This document shows, piece by piece, positions 1 through 9,354 of a DNA stretch of 64,000 bases; positions within the stretch are counted from its first letter, which is position 1, and the number at the start of each line of letters is the position of its first letter. The position numbers and the translations under genes were made by a program. The stretch lies in NCBI GenBank assembly GCA_022561055.1, contig JADFRY010000001.1, positions 57,025 through 121,024 of the forward strand. The letters run 5' to 3'. The notes under the pieces are model-generated. The model saw only the letters and a program-made list of their open reading frames with translations. It had not been told where the DNA came from and did no database searches. The stretch is from Nanobdellota archaeon (GTDB taxonomy: Archaea > Nanobdellota > Nanobdellia > Pacearchaeales > GW2011-AR1).

Positions 1-1083
1 ATTTTAGGGTGCTCTATTTTTTTGGATAAAAGACGGTTGAGAAATAAGAGTGCTTTTTTGAATTCTTCTGATTTTACTAAGACTTGAACGCCTTTACTCT
101 TTTTTTCTTCTGCTTGTTTTACAATTCCTTGGAGATATTCTTTTAATCCAGAGAGGGTTTGGGTTTCCAGGAGTTCTATGGCATGAGAGATTTTAATTGC
201 TTGAGCGCAGAGAGACATTCCTGCGAGAACGTTAAAGTTTCTTTGAGATGCTCGGGCCGCTAGTTTTCCTTGGAGTTGGAGAAGAGTTATTTTATTTGCG
301 GGGCCGAAAAGGAGTTTTCTAGATTTTAGTTGCTCTACTTTTTTGTTGAAGATTGTTTTCAGTAATTCACGGATCTCCATAAATTCAGGAGGGAAAGGAA
401 CTTCTATTTTGTTAAACTCTAGGTTTTGAAGATAGGGTTTTACGTCTTTAGAATCTCGAGAACGGATTTCGACTTCTTCTATTGCGAGGTTTTTACAAAT
501 TTGTTTTACTTTATCTTCCTCAGAGCCAGGAGATGCAGTAAGTCCGAGGATTCTTTGTAGTTCTGGTGGTGTTTGTTGTTTATAGAAAGAAACTACTTTT
601 GTGTAATCATAATTTTTTATGCATCTATGTGCTTCATCGATAACTAGAAGAGAGACGTCCTTTGTGTCATATAGATAATTTTTAAGGTCATTAGCTATAC
701 ATTGTGGTGTAGAGAAGATTACTTCTGCTGTTTGCCATATTTTTTGGCGTTGTTTTGGGGGAACTGCGCCGGTGAAAAGCTGGAGGTCTGCGAATAGCTC
801 TGGGAGTTGTTCTTTGAAACTTTGAAAGTGTTGTTCGACTAAAGGTTTTGTTGGAGCTAAAATTAAAATTTTAGAACCTGGATATTTCTTTAGACGTTCT
901 ATTGTTAACAATAATGCAATGAGAGTTTTACCTATTCCTGTTGGTAAGACCACGAGGGTGTTTTTATCTTTTGCTGTTTCGAAGATAGCTTTCTGATAAT
1001 CTCTCGGCTTGATGTTTAACATTATTATGTGAGAAGATTGATGGATAAAAGGTTTTGGGTTGTGATATTTTTTATAGATCATG
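1..1083 (-). CDS. Hef/FANCM-like superfamily-2 helicase, 5' part of gene (C-terminus lies beyond window start); likely true start at Met 1023
   Basis: Minus-strand translation from ATG at 1083 gives MIYKKYHNPK..MLNIKPRDYQ..TGIGKTLIAL (Walker A) ..LVIDEAHR (DEAH box) ..GLTASPG, followed by helical insertion typical of Hef; ORF runs off window edge. Confidence 0.6.
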
Positions 1084-1112
1084 TTTATAAACTAATTACT
1101 TAATGAATTATT

Positions 1113-1457
1113 ATGGTCAGAAATATTCCTAATATAGACGAAGCTGCCGCGTGCATCATAGCTATGAAAATGAGGGAGCGAGCTATTCCCGATAGAGATT
1201 ATCCAGAAGAATATGGATATGCCGCCGCTATTCTTACTGGTGCTATGGAAAGTAATCATGACGATCCTCTTACGGAAGCAAAAAGAATCCTTCCTGAAAG
1301 AGCTAAAGTTTATTGTAGTTTACTCAAGAGACCATTCAATCCTAAACTTTGTAATAGGATGAGTAGATATATAGAAGACTTTGCTAGGCACCTTTTCTTA
1401 GAATTAGGAAGAACTGATTTATTACAACGATATAAATTAATTGATCCTGACAGTTAA
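1113..1457 (+). CDS. hypothetical protein (114 aa)
   Basis: ORF only; no recognisable motif. Confidence 0.35.
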   Translation: MVRNIPNIDEAAACIIAMKMRERAIPDRDYPEEYGYAAAILTGAMESNHDDPLTEAKRILPERAKVYCSLLKRPFNPKLCNRMSRYIEDFARHLFLELGRTDLLQRYKLIDPDS

Positions 1458-2104
1458 ACTAACAATAAAGCATACCCTACAAAAATTAAGGTTATTATTG
1501 CAAGAGTTGTCCATAAAATACGAGAGCCGAAGAATATTTGAGTTCCGTCTAGTTTTGAGAGTGGGATAAGATTCCAGAAAGCGTAGTAAGCCGCGAATCT
1601 TGACAATGGAGATATGCCAGGAATCCAGTAAGCTATGAATGAAACTATTAGGACAGCAACAATTCCTGCTGCGCCGACAAGAGCATTATGCCATTCAGTC
1701 ATTTCTGTGAAACTGTAAAAACCATGTCTTTTCGCAGCTCTTCTTTTCAAGACGGTTGTTTCGTAAGTCAAGATAGTCATGACTTTTATAGCGCCAATAG
1801 AAAATGCGGTAATGACTAATGGAAGTATAATTCCTAAAGGAATTGGTTTTTCTATATGCCATCCTGGTTTTAGACCAAAGCGAGACCAAAGCAATATTTT
1901 ATGTTCTACTCCTGCATCTAAATGGCTGGCCATTATTCTTTTTCCAAATATATTTGCTGTTATTATAACGAAGGCAAATAACAAAGCCAAACCAATTTTT
2001 ATGATGTTAAAATTAATAATTGAATTAAATCCGACAATGATTGCCAATATAAAAATTGCCAAGATTATATGAAGGATTTCAGATTGTTTCATTTTCGAGT
2101 TCAA
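1454..2104 (-). CDS. polytopic membrane protein, site-2-protease (M50)-like NxxPxxxLDG motif but no HExxH
   Basis: Multiple hydrophobic segments; C-terminal 'NLIPLSKLDGTQIF' resembles S2P LDG motif; HExxH not found. Confidence 0.4.
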   Translation of the reverse strand: MNSKMKQSEILHIILAIFILAIIVGFNSIINFNIIKIGLALLFAFVIITANIFGKRIMASHLDAGVEHKILLWSRFGLKPGWHIEKPIPLGIILPLVITAFSIGAIKVMTILTYETTVLKRRAAKRHGFYSFTEMTEWHNALVGAAGIVAVLIVSFIAYWIPGISPLSRFAAYYAFWNLIPLSKLDGTQIFFGSRILWTTLAIITLIFVGYALLLV

Positions 2105-2158
2105 GAGACTAGAATTATATAAAGATTGTTATGGGTAGAAGTAATGTTTATTAATATG

Positions 2159-2418
2159 TCAAGAATTGCTTTTTGTGTAAACTCCCTACTTTAGTTCCTG
2201 AGAGAATAAAAGCAATTCTTGAGCATGCTCAAGACACCAAGAATTCTGAAAATTGAATTCTTGGATGCGCTCAAGAATCTTTGATTCTTGACGACCAAAC
2301 ACGCCACCTATGTCAAGAATGCTCTAAAGATTTTGCATTCTTGAACACTATCAAGAATCTGAACATGTAAAGATTCTTGAAGCTTTAGTGGGGGGGTTCT
2401 TGACAATTAAAATTAATA
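2159..2418. repeat. array of five hairpins sharing stem TCAAGAAT/ATTCTTGA plus G7 string (intergenic, divergent promoter region)
   Basis: Inverted repeats 2159-2222, 2237-2264, 2271-2291 (TCAAGAATCTTTGATTCTTGA), 2313-2344, 2351-2390; GGGGGGG at 2400-2406 then TTCTTGACAATT. Confidence 0.8.
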
Positions 2419-2534
2419 GTTATAATAGGTTTGGCTATTTGTCAAATAAAACTCATTTTTTCAGGTAACCTCATTTTTCAACATGAGTTTTCGATAAACG
2501 CAAAATATAAATACTGAAAGAGTGATTTTTTAAT

Positions 2535-2834
2535 ATGTTAAGAATAAAGAAGATGAGTGAGGCTGTTGGTAAACATGTTTATACTTCTGATGGTGATTAT
2601 TTTGGCCAAATTGAAGATGTGAATTTATTGGACAATAAAATTGATGGATGGAAAATTAAGCTTTCTGGAGGTTTTATGAATTTGCTTGGAGGTGCGAAAG
2701 GAGTTATCATCCCGCAGCAATTTGTCAGAGCTATTGGAGATATTTTTATTGTGAATAAAGCTTCTTTACCTTTGAGAGATGAAGCGGTTGATTTGGCTGC
2801 ACCAGAGCCCTCTGAAGGTTTTGAAACTAGTTAA
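2535..2834 (+). CDS. PRC-barrel domain protein
   Basis: 99 aa, 'VYTSDGDYFGQIEDVNLLDNKIDGWKI' typical PRC barrel pattern. Confidence 0.5.
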   Translation: MLRIKKMSEAVGKHVYTSDGDYFGQIEDVNLLDNKIDGWKIKLSGGFMNLLGGAKGVIIPQQFVRAIGDIFIVNKASLPLRDEAVDLAAPEPSEGFETS

Positions 2835-2877
2835 AGCTCAGGTTTGAGTTATTAGCAAACTTTAAATAGATTATTGA

Positions 2878-3489
2878 TTGTTTTTGATTATGGCTTTAAA
2901 TGTATTAAATGTTTTTAGTGGGTTAGTGAGTTCAGTGACAGATTTGCCAATTAGGTTTATGCAAGCTGGTCCTGTTGCAGATGGAACGATTTTATCGAGT
3001 CCAATTGTTATTAATGTAATTTTACCATTTCTTTTAGTATTTACTGTCATATTTGCTCTTTTGCAAAAATCTAATATTTTAGGTGAGGGAAGAAGACAAA
3101 TCGATGCTATCGTTTCTTTAGTTATAGCATTAATTGTTGTTTCTTTTGGTTACGCTACTGGTATTATAGTTGTATTAATGCCTTTTTTAGCTGTTGCAGT
3201 TGTTATTATCCTTGTATTTTTGATTTTATATGCAATGGTTTTTCAGGGTGAGGAGTTTAAATTACATAAAGGAGTAAAAATAACTTTAGTTGTTCTTATT
3301 GCGGCTGCAGTTGTTATAGCTGTTTTGGTTTCTACAGGAGCTTGGGATTATATAGAATATGAATTCTTTTATGGCTCTGATAGTTCTGCTATTGTTACTA
3401 ATGTTATCTTTTTGATTATCATTGCTATTGCAGTTATTGCTGTGGTTGTTCCAGGAAAAAGGCGTACTACACCTTCTGAGTCTAAGTAG
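2878..3489 (+). CDS. integral membrane protein (paralog of 4160..4744)
   Basis: N-terminus LPIRFMQAGP..ILPFLLVFTVIFALL aligns with LPVWFMQSYS..ILPFLLIFAVIFGVL of 4160..4744; 5-6 TM segments. Confidence 0.5.
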   Translation: MFLIMALNVLNVFSGLVSSVTDLPIRFMQAGPVADGTILSSPIVINVILPFLLVFTVIFALLQKSNILGEGRRQIDAIVSLVIALIVVSFGYATGIIVVLMPFLAVAVVIILVFLILYAMVFQGEEFKLHKGVKITLVVLIAAAVVIAVLVSTGAWDYIEYEFFYGSDSSAIVTNVIFLIIIAIAVIAVVVPGKRRTTPSESK

Positions 3490-3516
3490 TTTTAGGAAAG
3501 TTTAAATAAGGTTTCT

Positions 3517-4125
3517 TTGCGTAGATTAGAAATGGAAAAGGATATTTTTGAGAAAATATACAAGAAACATTCTAGGTTTTTGAAACATAAAAAAGTCCGC
3601 AGCAATAAGAAGTTAATTATTTGTTTTTCCGGAATTCCTGGTTCTGGAAAGACTAGTCTTGCGAAGATTTTAGAAAAAAGATACAAGGGAGTTAGGATTA
3701 ATAGTCATCGCATAGGTGAGATTATGCAAGAATTAGTAAGCAAAGGAGTTATAAATGAAAATATTGCTGGCAGGAAGCTTCAGGTTGATTATCAAATTTG
3801 GTTATTGGAAGCACATTTATTTACTAATAATTTGATTATTCTAGATAGTGGTATTGATAGGAAATATAATGAAGTGTTTGAGATTGCTAGGAGGAAAGGT
3901 TATGAGATTTTTATTATTAGATTGAATGTTTCTGAAAAAAATCTTAGGAAAAGGATTCTAATAAGAAATAAAGAAAATGCAAGAAATTATTTTAAGAGCT
4001 TTAATAAGTGGAAAAGAGAGTTTAAGGAATTTGGAAAAAAAGTTAACTCTAATATTATTTTAGAGAATGAGGGGGAAGTAGATTTAGTACTCCTTTTTAA
4101 GAAACTTGATAGACTAGCTAGGTAG
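3517..4125 (+). CDS. P-loop NTPase / small kinase-like protein
   Basis: Walker A 'FSGIPGSGKTSLAKIL'; size ~200 aa like nucleotide/gluconate-kinase or zeta-toxin-like kinases. Confidence 0.5.
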   Translation: MRRLEMEKDIFEKIYKKHSRFLKHKKVRSNKKLIICFSGIPGSGKTSLAKILEKRYKGVRINSHRIGEIMQELVSKGVINENIAGRKLQVDYQIWLLEAHLFTNNLIILDSGIDRKYNEVFEIARRKGYEIFIIRLNVSEKNLRKRILIRNKENARNYFKSFNKWKREFKEFGKKVNSNIILENEGEVDLVLLFKKLDRLAR

Positions 4126-4159
4126 AAACATATTTAAATAAGTTTTAGTTGGTTAAGTT

Positions 4160-4744
4160 ATGGTGTTTAATTTAGGGGATTTACCAGTTTGGTTTATGCA
4201 GTCTTATTCTTTTCAACGTGTGATGGATCAGTTGACAGATTTGGGATTATTTGATTTTATCTTGCCTTTCTTATTGATTTTTGCAGTTATTTTCGGGGTT
4301 CTTTCTTATATGAAAATGTTTGGTGATAATAGAGGAGTTAATGTGCTTATTGCTTTGGTTATTGGATTGTTAGCAGTTAGATGGCAGGTTTACACTGATT
4401 TTTTGAATATTATTTCTCCTAAATTGGGAATAGGTTTGGTTATTTTACTAATTTTAGTTATTTTGATTGGATTATTTGTTCCTAAGGGAGCAAAGGCTAC
4501 AGTAGGATGGATTCTTGTTTCAATTGGATTTATCATCTTCTTGGTTATTATGGCTCAGACTTATGAGATTTTGAGTCCAGGTTATGGTGGGGGTTTCCTT
4601 ACTGAGGATCTTGCAGGATATCTTATCCTTGTTGCTTTGTTGGTAGGAGTTGTTGTAGCCGTAGTTGTCGGCGGCGGGTCAAAATCTGGAAAGAGCACTG
4701 GAAAGAAAATAGGAAATATGCTTGAAGGGTTGTGGGAGAGATAA
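4160..4744 (+). CDS. integral membrane protein (paralog of 2878..3489)
   Basis: see 2878..3489; Gly-rich C-terminal tail. Confidence 0.5.
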   Translation: MVFNLGDLPVWFMQSYSFQRVMDQLTDLGLFDFILPFLLIFAVIFGVLSYMKMFGDNRGVNVLIALVIGLLAVRWQVYTDFLNIISPKLGIGLVILLILVILIGLFVPKGAKATVGWILVSIGFIIFLVIMAQTYEILSPGYGGGFLTEDLAGYLILVALLVGVVVAVVVGGGSKSGKSTGKKIGNMLEGLWER

Positions 4745-4821
4745 TTATTTGTTATTATTAGTTTTGCAGTGTTGGTTAGTTATGGTTTAATTAAGTTTGG
4801 GAAGTAGCCTATTTTAGTGAT

Positions 4822-5667
4822 TTATTTCTTTTTCCTGGTTCTTTTTCGTGTTGGAGTTTTATGAGTTGTGTGATGTACTGGTTTATGAATTTGTCTTTTC
4901 ATTTCTGGGAGTAGTTTTGTAAATGATTTTTGAGTTTCAATTAGTTCTTTTTTCATATCTTCAATGTTTATTACATAGTCACCGACTTTTCTCAAGACAG
5001 AGGATTGAAGAGAGCCTATAATTTTTTCAATTCTTTTCAATCTTTCGTCTACAGATTCTATTTTAGATTCTACAGTTGTTTTGAAGTCAAGAACTTTTTC
5101 AAGATGTTTTCGCATGTCTGACATTTTTTCCGAGACTACTTGTTCAGAGATTTCTGTTATTGTGTCAGAGCTTATTCCTGCTGGTTGATATTCATATTCT
5201 GAATAGCCTAATTCTTGCTGAGGATAACCTGGATATTGGGGTGCATATTCTTCTGTTGGGTATTCTTGTGAAGAAGGGATAGGAGAGTATTCTGGAGTTT
5301 CTGATGTTGGTGTTGGGGTTCCCAAATATTCTTGGGTTGGTTGTTGTGGTTGAGATTGCATTATTGATTCTTGCATTCCTGGAATTTCTTTAGTGGCAGG
5401 TTTTATAGTTTGTCCGGTGGTTTGTATTTGGGTCAGTTGTTGTTTTGAGTCAGGGATTGGTATTTCTGCTTGAGGTGTTTGTTGTGCTGTGGGTGCAGGC
5501 ACTTTAGGTTCTGATGCAGGTTCTTCTACTGCAGTTTTAATTTTTGTTTGGGAGAGCGCCTCAGAAATATTTTTGTAAGGTATTCCCTTTTCTCTTAGAT
5601 TTTTTATTATTTCTTCTTCAGAGAGACCTTCCTGTTGCATTCTTTTTACTTCATCAAGCTCGCTCAT
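4822..5667 (-). CDS. coiled-coil protein with N-terminal small helical domain, Pro/Gln-rich linker and C-terminal coiled coil
   Basis: MSELDEVKRMQQEGLSEEEIIKNLREKGIP.. then low-complexity P/Q/T-rich ~130 aa, then heptad-like C-terminal region; basic tail. Confidence 0.4.
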   Translation of the reverse strand: MSELDEVKRMQQEGLSEEEIIKNLREKGIPYKNISEALSQTKIKTAVEEPASEPKVPAPTAQQTPQAEIPIPDSKQQLTQIQTTGQTIKPATKEIPGMQESIMQSQPQQPTQEYLGTPTPTSETPEYSPIPSSQEYPTEEYAPQYPGYPQQELGYSEYEYQPAGISSDTITEISEQVVSEKMSDMRKHLEKVLDFKTTVESKIESVDERLKRIEKIIGSLQSSVLRKVGDYVINIEDMKKELIETQKSFTKLLPEMKRQIHKPVHHTTHKTPTRKRTRKKK

Positions 5668-5669
5668 TT

Positions 5670-6062
5670 TTATCTTTTTATTAATTTAAGGTTTGGTTTG
5701 AACATATCAAATTGTCTTTGTAAAATCATTAGCTCTTCTTTTCTGGCAAATTCAGAGATTTGTTCTGACATTCTTTGAATAAATTCTTTCATTTTAATAT
5801 TTTCTTCTTTTAATTTTAGTATTTCTTTTTTCATTTCTTGCATTTCTCTGAAAGTACTCTCGCGCTCTTCAACTAAGTTTTGTCCAATTAGAAGAGTTCT
5901 GTCTTTCAAGAGTCTTTGCTTCTCTTCAATATCTCTCAATCTTGTGTTTGGGTCTGAGAAATATTGTTGGCTGGCAGGGTATTCTTCTGGCATGGTTATC
6001 ATAGGTGAAAGGAGTTTATAAGATTTCCGAGAAAATCTTAAGCCTTCACTTGTAGAGGACAA
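5670..6062 (-). CDS. coiled-coil protein (130 aa), translationally coupled to 4822..5667
   Basis: Stop at 5670 three nt from downstream start 5667; heptad-rich sequence. Confidence 0.4.
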   Translation of the reverse strand: MSSTSEGLRFSRKSYKLLSPMITMPEEYPASQQYFSDPNTRLRDIEEKQRLLKDRTLLIGQNLVEERESTFREMQEMKKEILKLKEENIKMKEFIQRMSEQISEFARKEELMILQRQFDMFKPNLKLIKR

Positions 6063-6086
6063 GCTTCAGGTTAAAATAGTTTTGTA

Positions 6087-6893
6087 TTACTTGTAGTTTG
6101 TTTTCTTTTTAAATAAATATTCTACGAAGAAGTAAAAAGAAAAAATTCCAAAGCCAAAGGGGATATATCCTAAATAACCGAATAAAGGCATTTCAAAAAT
6201 ATGAAGAAAGTTAATAAACGGTATAGTATAAATCCATTTCACACTAGCCCAAAAATTCCAAAATTCCCATAGAAAGCCAAGAGTGAGGGATGAGATAATA
6301 AGATAAATTATAGATTTTTGTCTTGTTTTTAACATATAAATTATACTCGGTTGTTTATTAGCATAATTTATCGGGTCAAGAATAAAAAACATAAAAATCC
6401 ATATTAAAGGAAAAAAGTATTTTGGCCATATTAGAGGTAATATAAACATTAATGTGCCAAGAATAATAAAGATAAGAAATGTATTTTTAGTTATTTTATC
6501 TTTCGGCGTAGCTTTTTTAAAATTGATATTGAATAATTTGAGTGTCACAAAAAATGCAGGAATAACTGTTGCGAAAGAGATAAATGCGAACAAATCTCCG
6601 TAAGGACCGAAAAATTCTGTTCCGATATAATGCCAATTATTTACTCTAAGATTAACATATTCAAAGATTTTCCAAAACGGAGCAGAAATAATAAACATTC
6701 CAATTAACATCGGCAGATTATTTTTAATAAGGGATTTTCCTTTTATTTTATAAGCCAGAGAATCTATAAATAAAATATATCCAAGCCAAATAATAGGAAA
6801 ATAGAATTTTTCAAATGGCTGTATTTTTAGAAAAAAATTTACTTCGGAGAATATTATTAATAATAATCCAATTATTCCATAGATTTGTATCAT
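6087..6893 (-). CDS. polytopic membrane protein (8 predicted TM, Cys-free)
   Basis: Highly hydrophobic 268 aa, Trp/Phe-rich; no catalytic motif recognised. Confidence 0.4.
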   Translation of the reverse strand: MIQIYGIIGLLLIIFSEVNFFLKIQPFEKFYFPIIWLGYILFIDSLAYKIKGKSLIKNNLPMLIGMFIISAPFWKIFEYVNLRVNNWHYIGTEFFGPYGDLFAFISFATVIPAFFVTLKLFNINFKKATPKDKITKNTFLIFIILGTLMFILPLIWPKYFFPLIWIFMFFILDPINYANKQPSIIYMLKTRQKSIIYLIISSLTLGFLWEFWNFWASVKWIYTIPFINFLHIFEMPLFGYLGYIPFGFGIFSFYFFVEYLFKKKTNYK

Positions 6894-6983
6894 ATAATGG
6901 AACGGACTGTTATGCTTTAAATATCATGAGTTTGGCAATGTCAAGGCGTTTCGCGATAATAGAAATTTATTTAATCTTAATTT

Positions 6984-9293
6984 GTGGTTTATATTCAACT
7001 AAAAGAGGAAAAAATGATTTTTCAGATGAATTCCCCGCTTTATGCTGTCGAAGTAGAAAGAAAAGAAGGTGAGAATCTAATGTATGTTAATTTTTTAGGA
7101 GCTTCCTTTACACCTTCTATTGCTGATTTTCCAGAAGTAATGGCGAGAACAATAGATTTATTAATTGAAAATCCAAATGTTTCTAGGATTATTTTTGTTC
7201 AACAAAGAAATTATCATTATCCCTTTGAGCAAGTTTCTATTTTGAGTGATATTGCACAACTCTATAATTTCTTAATGCGGCAGGAAAGAGTTTTATCAAC
7301 TGAGAAATTAAGTTTGTTAGCTAATGTCAGTGTCGCGCACGGTGAATTAAGTTATTTGATGACCTTATTAAGGCAAGACCCTGTTGCATGTTATCTTGAA
7401 CTAAACAAGAAAATTAAGGGATATGAAGAAGACATAAGTTCTGGTACGGTTGTTGGCGGAGATAGTTCTAGACTCATGAATTATATTAGATTATTGAAAA
7501 GAGTTAAAGGGCTGTTGGAGAATACAAAGTTAATAAAATCTGTTTTAGATGTTATAGATACTTATAGTGCTGGCGATAGGACAGTTTATAAGTCTATTTT
7601 TAGACCAGACATTTTGCCCAATTTTACTTTCACTAGGTTAGTTGCGCAACTGCCGGAGAATGCAGAGTTAATCGACCAATATAAAATTGAGGCGGACAAC
7701 GAGAGCATTACTGTTACAATTCTGAAGAGAAAGGATGATTCAAGATATCTTTATCATATCATGCCGCCGGAATATTCTCTGAACGAAGAGCACCACATGT
7801 TACTGAATTTAGGAAGAAATGTTTTACTCGAGCATGAGCCAAAAGCAGAGGAGTTTACTGACCCAGAAAGAATAAGAGAGGTTTTTTTTAATGTTACTAG
7901 GGATTTATTAAATGAGCTTGCACAAAGTAAAAATATACCTCTTACTTATAGGGAATTAAATAGGTTAGCTAAGATACTTGTTAGGCAGACTATTGGTTTT
8001 GGTTTGATAGAGGTTTTACTAATGGATGATAAATTGCAGGATGTTTTCTTGAATGCGCCGATAGGACAAAATCCTATTTTTGTTAAACATTCTGTTTATG
8101 ATGAGTGTGTCACAAATATTATGCCGAGTTATGAAGATGCTGATTCTTGGGCTGCTAAATTAAGGTTGCAGTCTGGCAGACCTTTGGATGAAGCAAATCC
8201 TGTTTTGGATACAGATTTGGTTTTTGGCAAAGTAAGAGCGAGAGTTGCAGCAATTCAGAGACCTTTGTCACCATATGGTATTGCTTATGCTTTGAGAAGA
8301 CACAGAGACGAGCCATGGACATTACCTTTGTTTATCGACAATAAAATGGTTAATTCTTTTACTTCTGGACTATTAAGTTTTATGATTGACGGATCCAGGA
8401 CTTTGCTTATTGCTGGAACAAGGAGTTCTGGTAAGACTTCATTATTGGGTAGCTTGATGTTGGAGATAATGCCGAAAATTAGGACTATTGTTATTGAGGA
8501 CACTCTCGAGCTTCCAGTTGATTCGTTGAGAAAGATTGGTTATAACATACAAAGAATGAAAGTTAGGAGTGCTTTGCTTGAAACGACTACAGAGGTCGAG
8601 GCTTCTGAGGGTATTAGAGCTAGTTTGCGTTTGGGAGATTCTGCCTTGATTGTTGGTGAGGTGAGAAGCTCAGAAGCAAAAGCTTTGTATGAAGCTATGC
8701 GTGTAGGAGCCTTAGCAAATGTTGTTGCAGGAACGATTCATGGTGCTTCGCCTTATGGAGTTTTCGATAGAGTTGTTAATGATTTAGGAGTGCCTATAAC
8801 GAGTTTTAAGGCGACTGATTTGATTTTAATTGCAAATCCTATAAAAACTCCTGACGGGCTTCATGAACTTAAGAGAGTTGTTCAGCTTACAGAAGTTAGG
8901 AAACAATGGACTAAAGATCCTTTAGAAGAAAAGGGGTTTGTTGATCTTTTGAAGTATAATGTTGAAAAAGACGAATTGGAGCCTACAGATGAGTTGATTA
9001 ATGGAGATTCAGAAGTGATAAAGCAAATTGCAGGCAGTGTTAAGGGGTGGGCTGGGAACTGGGATGCAGTTTATGACAACATAATTTTGAGAGGAAAAAT
9101 AAAACAAGAGATAGTTAATATATCGAGAAAATTGAAAATTCCTGAATTGATGGAAGCCAAATTTGGCTCGTTGTCTAATGATGCTTTTCATAGAATAAGT
9201 GATGAAATTACGAGGGAAGTAGGTTTGCCAATTTCTGAAAGAGTTTTTCCTGAATGGAAAAAGTGGTTTATGGTAAAAGTTAAGAAGAAGTAA
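6984..9293 (+). CDS. type IV pilus / archaellum-family secretion ATPase (FlaI/PilB/VirB11 superfamily) with ~400-aa N-terminal extension
   Basis: Walker A 'GTRSSGKTSLLGS', Asp box 'IVIEDTLEL', 'VGEVRSSEAKAL' His-box region; adjacent platform protein and pilins. Confidence 0.8.
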   Translation: MVYIQLKEEKMIFQMNSPLYAVEVERKEGENLMYVNFLGASFTPSIADFPEVMARTIDLLIENPNVSRIIFVQQRNYHYPFEQVSILSDIAQLYNFLMRQERVLSTEKLSLLANVSVAHGELSYLMTLLRQDPVACYLELNKKIKGYEEDISSGTVVGGDSSRLMNYIRLLKRVKGLLENTKLIKSVLDVIDTYSAGDRTVYKSIFRPDILPNFTFTRLVAQLPENAELIDQYKIEADNESITVTILKRKDDSRYLYHIMPPEYSLNEEHHMLLNLGRNVLLEHEPKAEEFTDPERIREVFFNVTRDLLNELAQSKNIPLTYRELNRLAKILVRQTIGFGLIEVLLMDDKLQDVFLNAPIGQNPIFVKHSVYDECVTNIMPSYEDADSWAAKLRLQSGRPLDEANPVLDTDLVFGKVRARVAAIQRPLSPYGIAYALRRHRDEPWTLPLFIDNKMVNSFTSGLLSFMIDGSRTLLIAGTRSSGKTSLLGSLMLEIMPKIRTIVIEDTLELPVDSLRKIGYNIQRMKVRSALLETTTEVEASEGIRASLRLGDSALIVGEVRSSEAKALYEAMRVGALANVVAGTIHGASPYGVFDRVVNDLGVPITSFKATDLILIANPIKTPDGLHELKRVVQLTEVRKQWTKDPLEEKGFVDLLKYNVEKDELEPTDELINGDSEVIKQIAGSVKGWAGNWDAVYDNIILRGKIKQEIVNISRKLKIPELMEAKFGSLSNDAFHRISDEITREVGLPISERVFPEWKKWFMVKVKKK

Positions 9294-9354
9294 TTTTTAT
9301 ACAGAGAATTGAAAACAATTATTTAATTTAACAATCATATTTAAAACTTTTTTA

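Noticed and set aside
2159-2418. Considered whether the hairpin array is a CRISPR array
   Set aside because: The repeats are 8-10 nt inverted pairs forming hairpins with loops of 3-38 nt, not 25-40 nt direct repeats with uniform unique spacers. No cas genes are in the window.
2159-2418. Considered a replication origin (ORB elements + G-string)
   Set aside because: There is no adjacent orc1/cdc6 gene. The motif order (G-string before the TCCAAAC-like element at 17389) does not match the ORB consensus. Left open as a check, not called.
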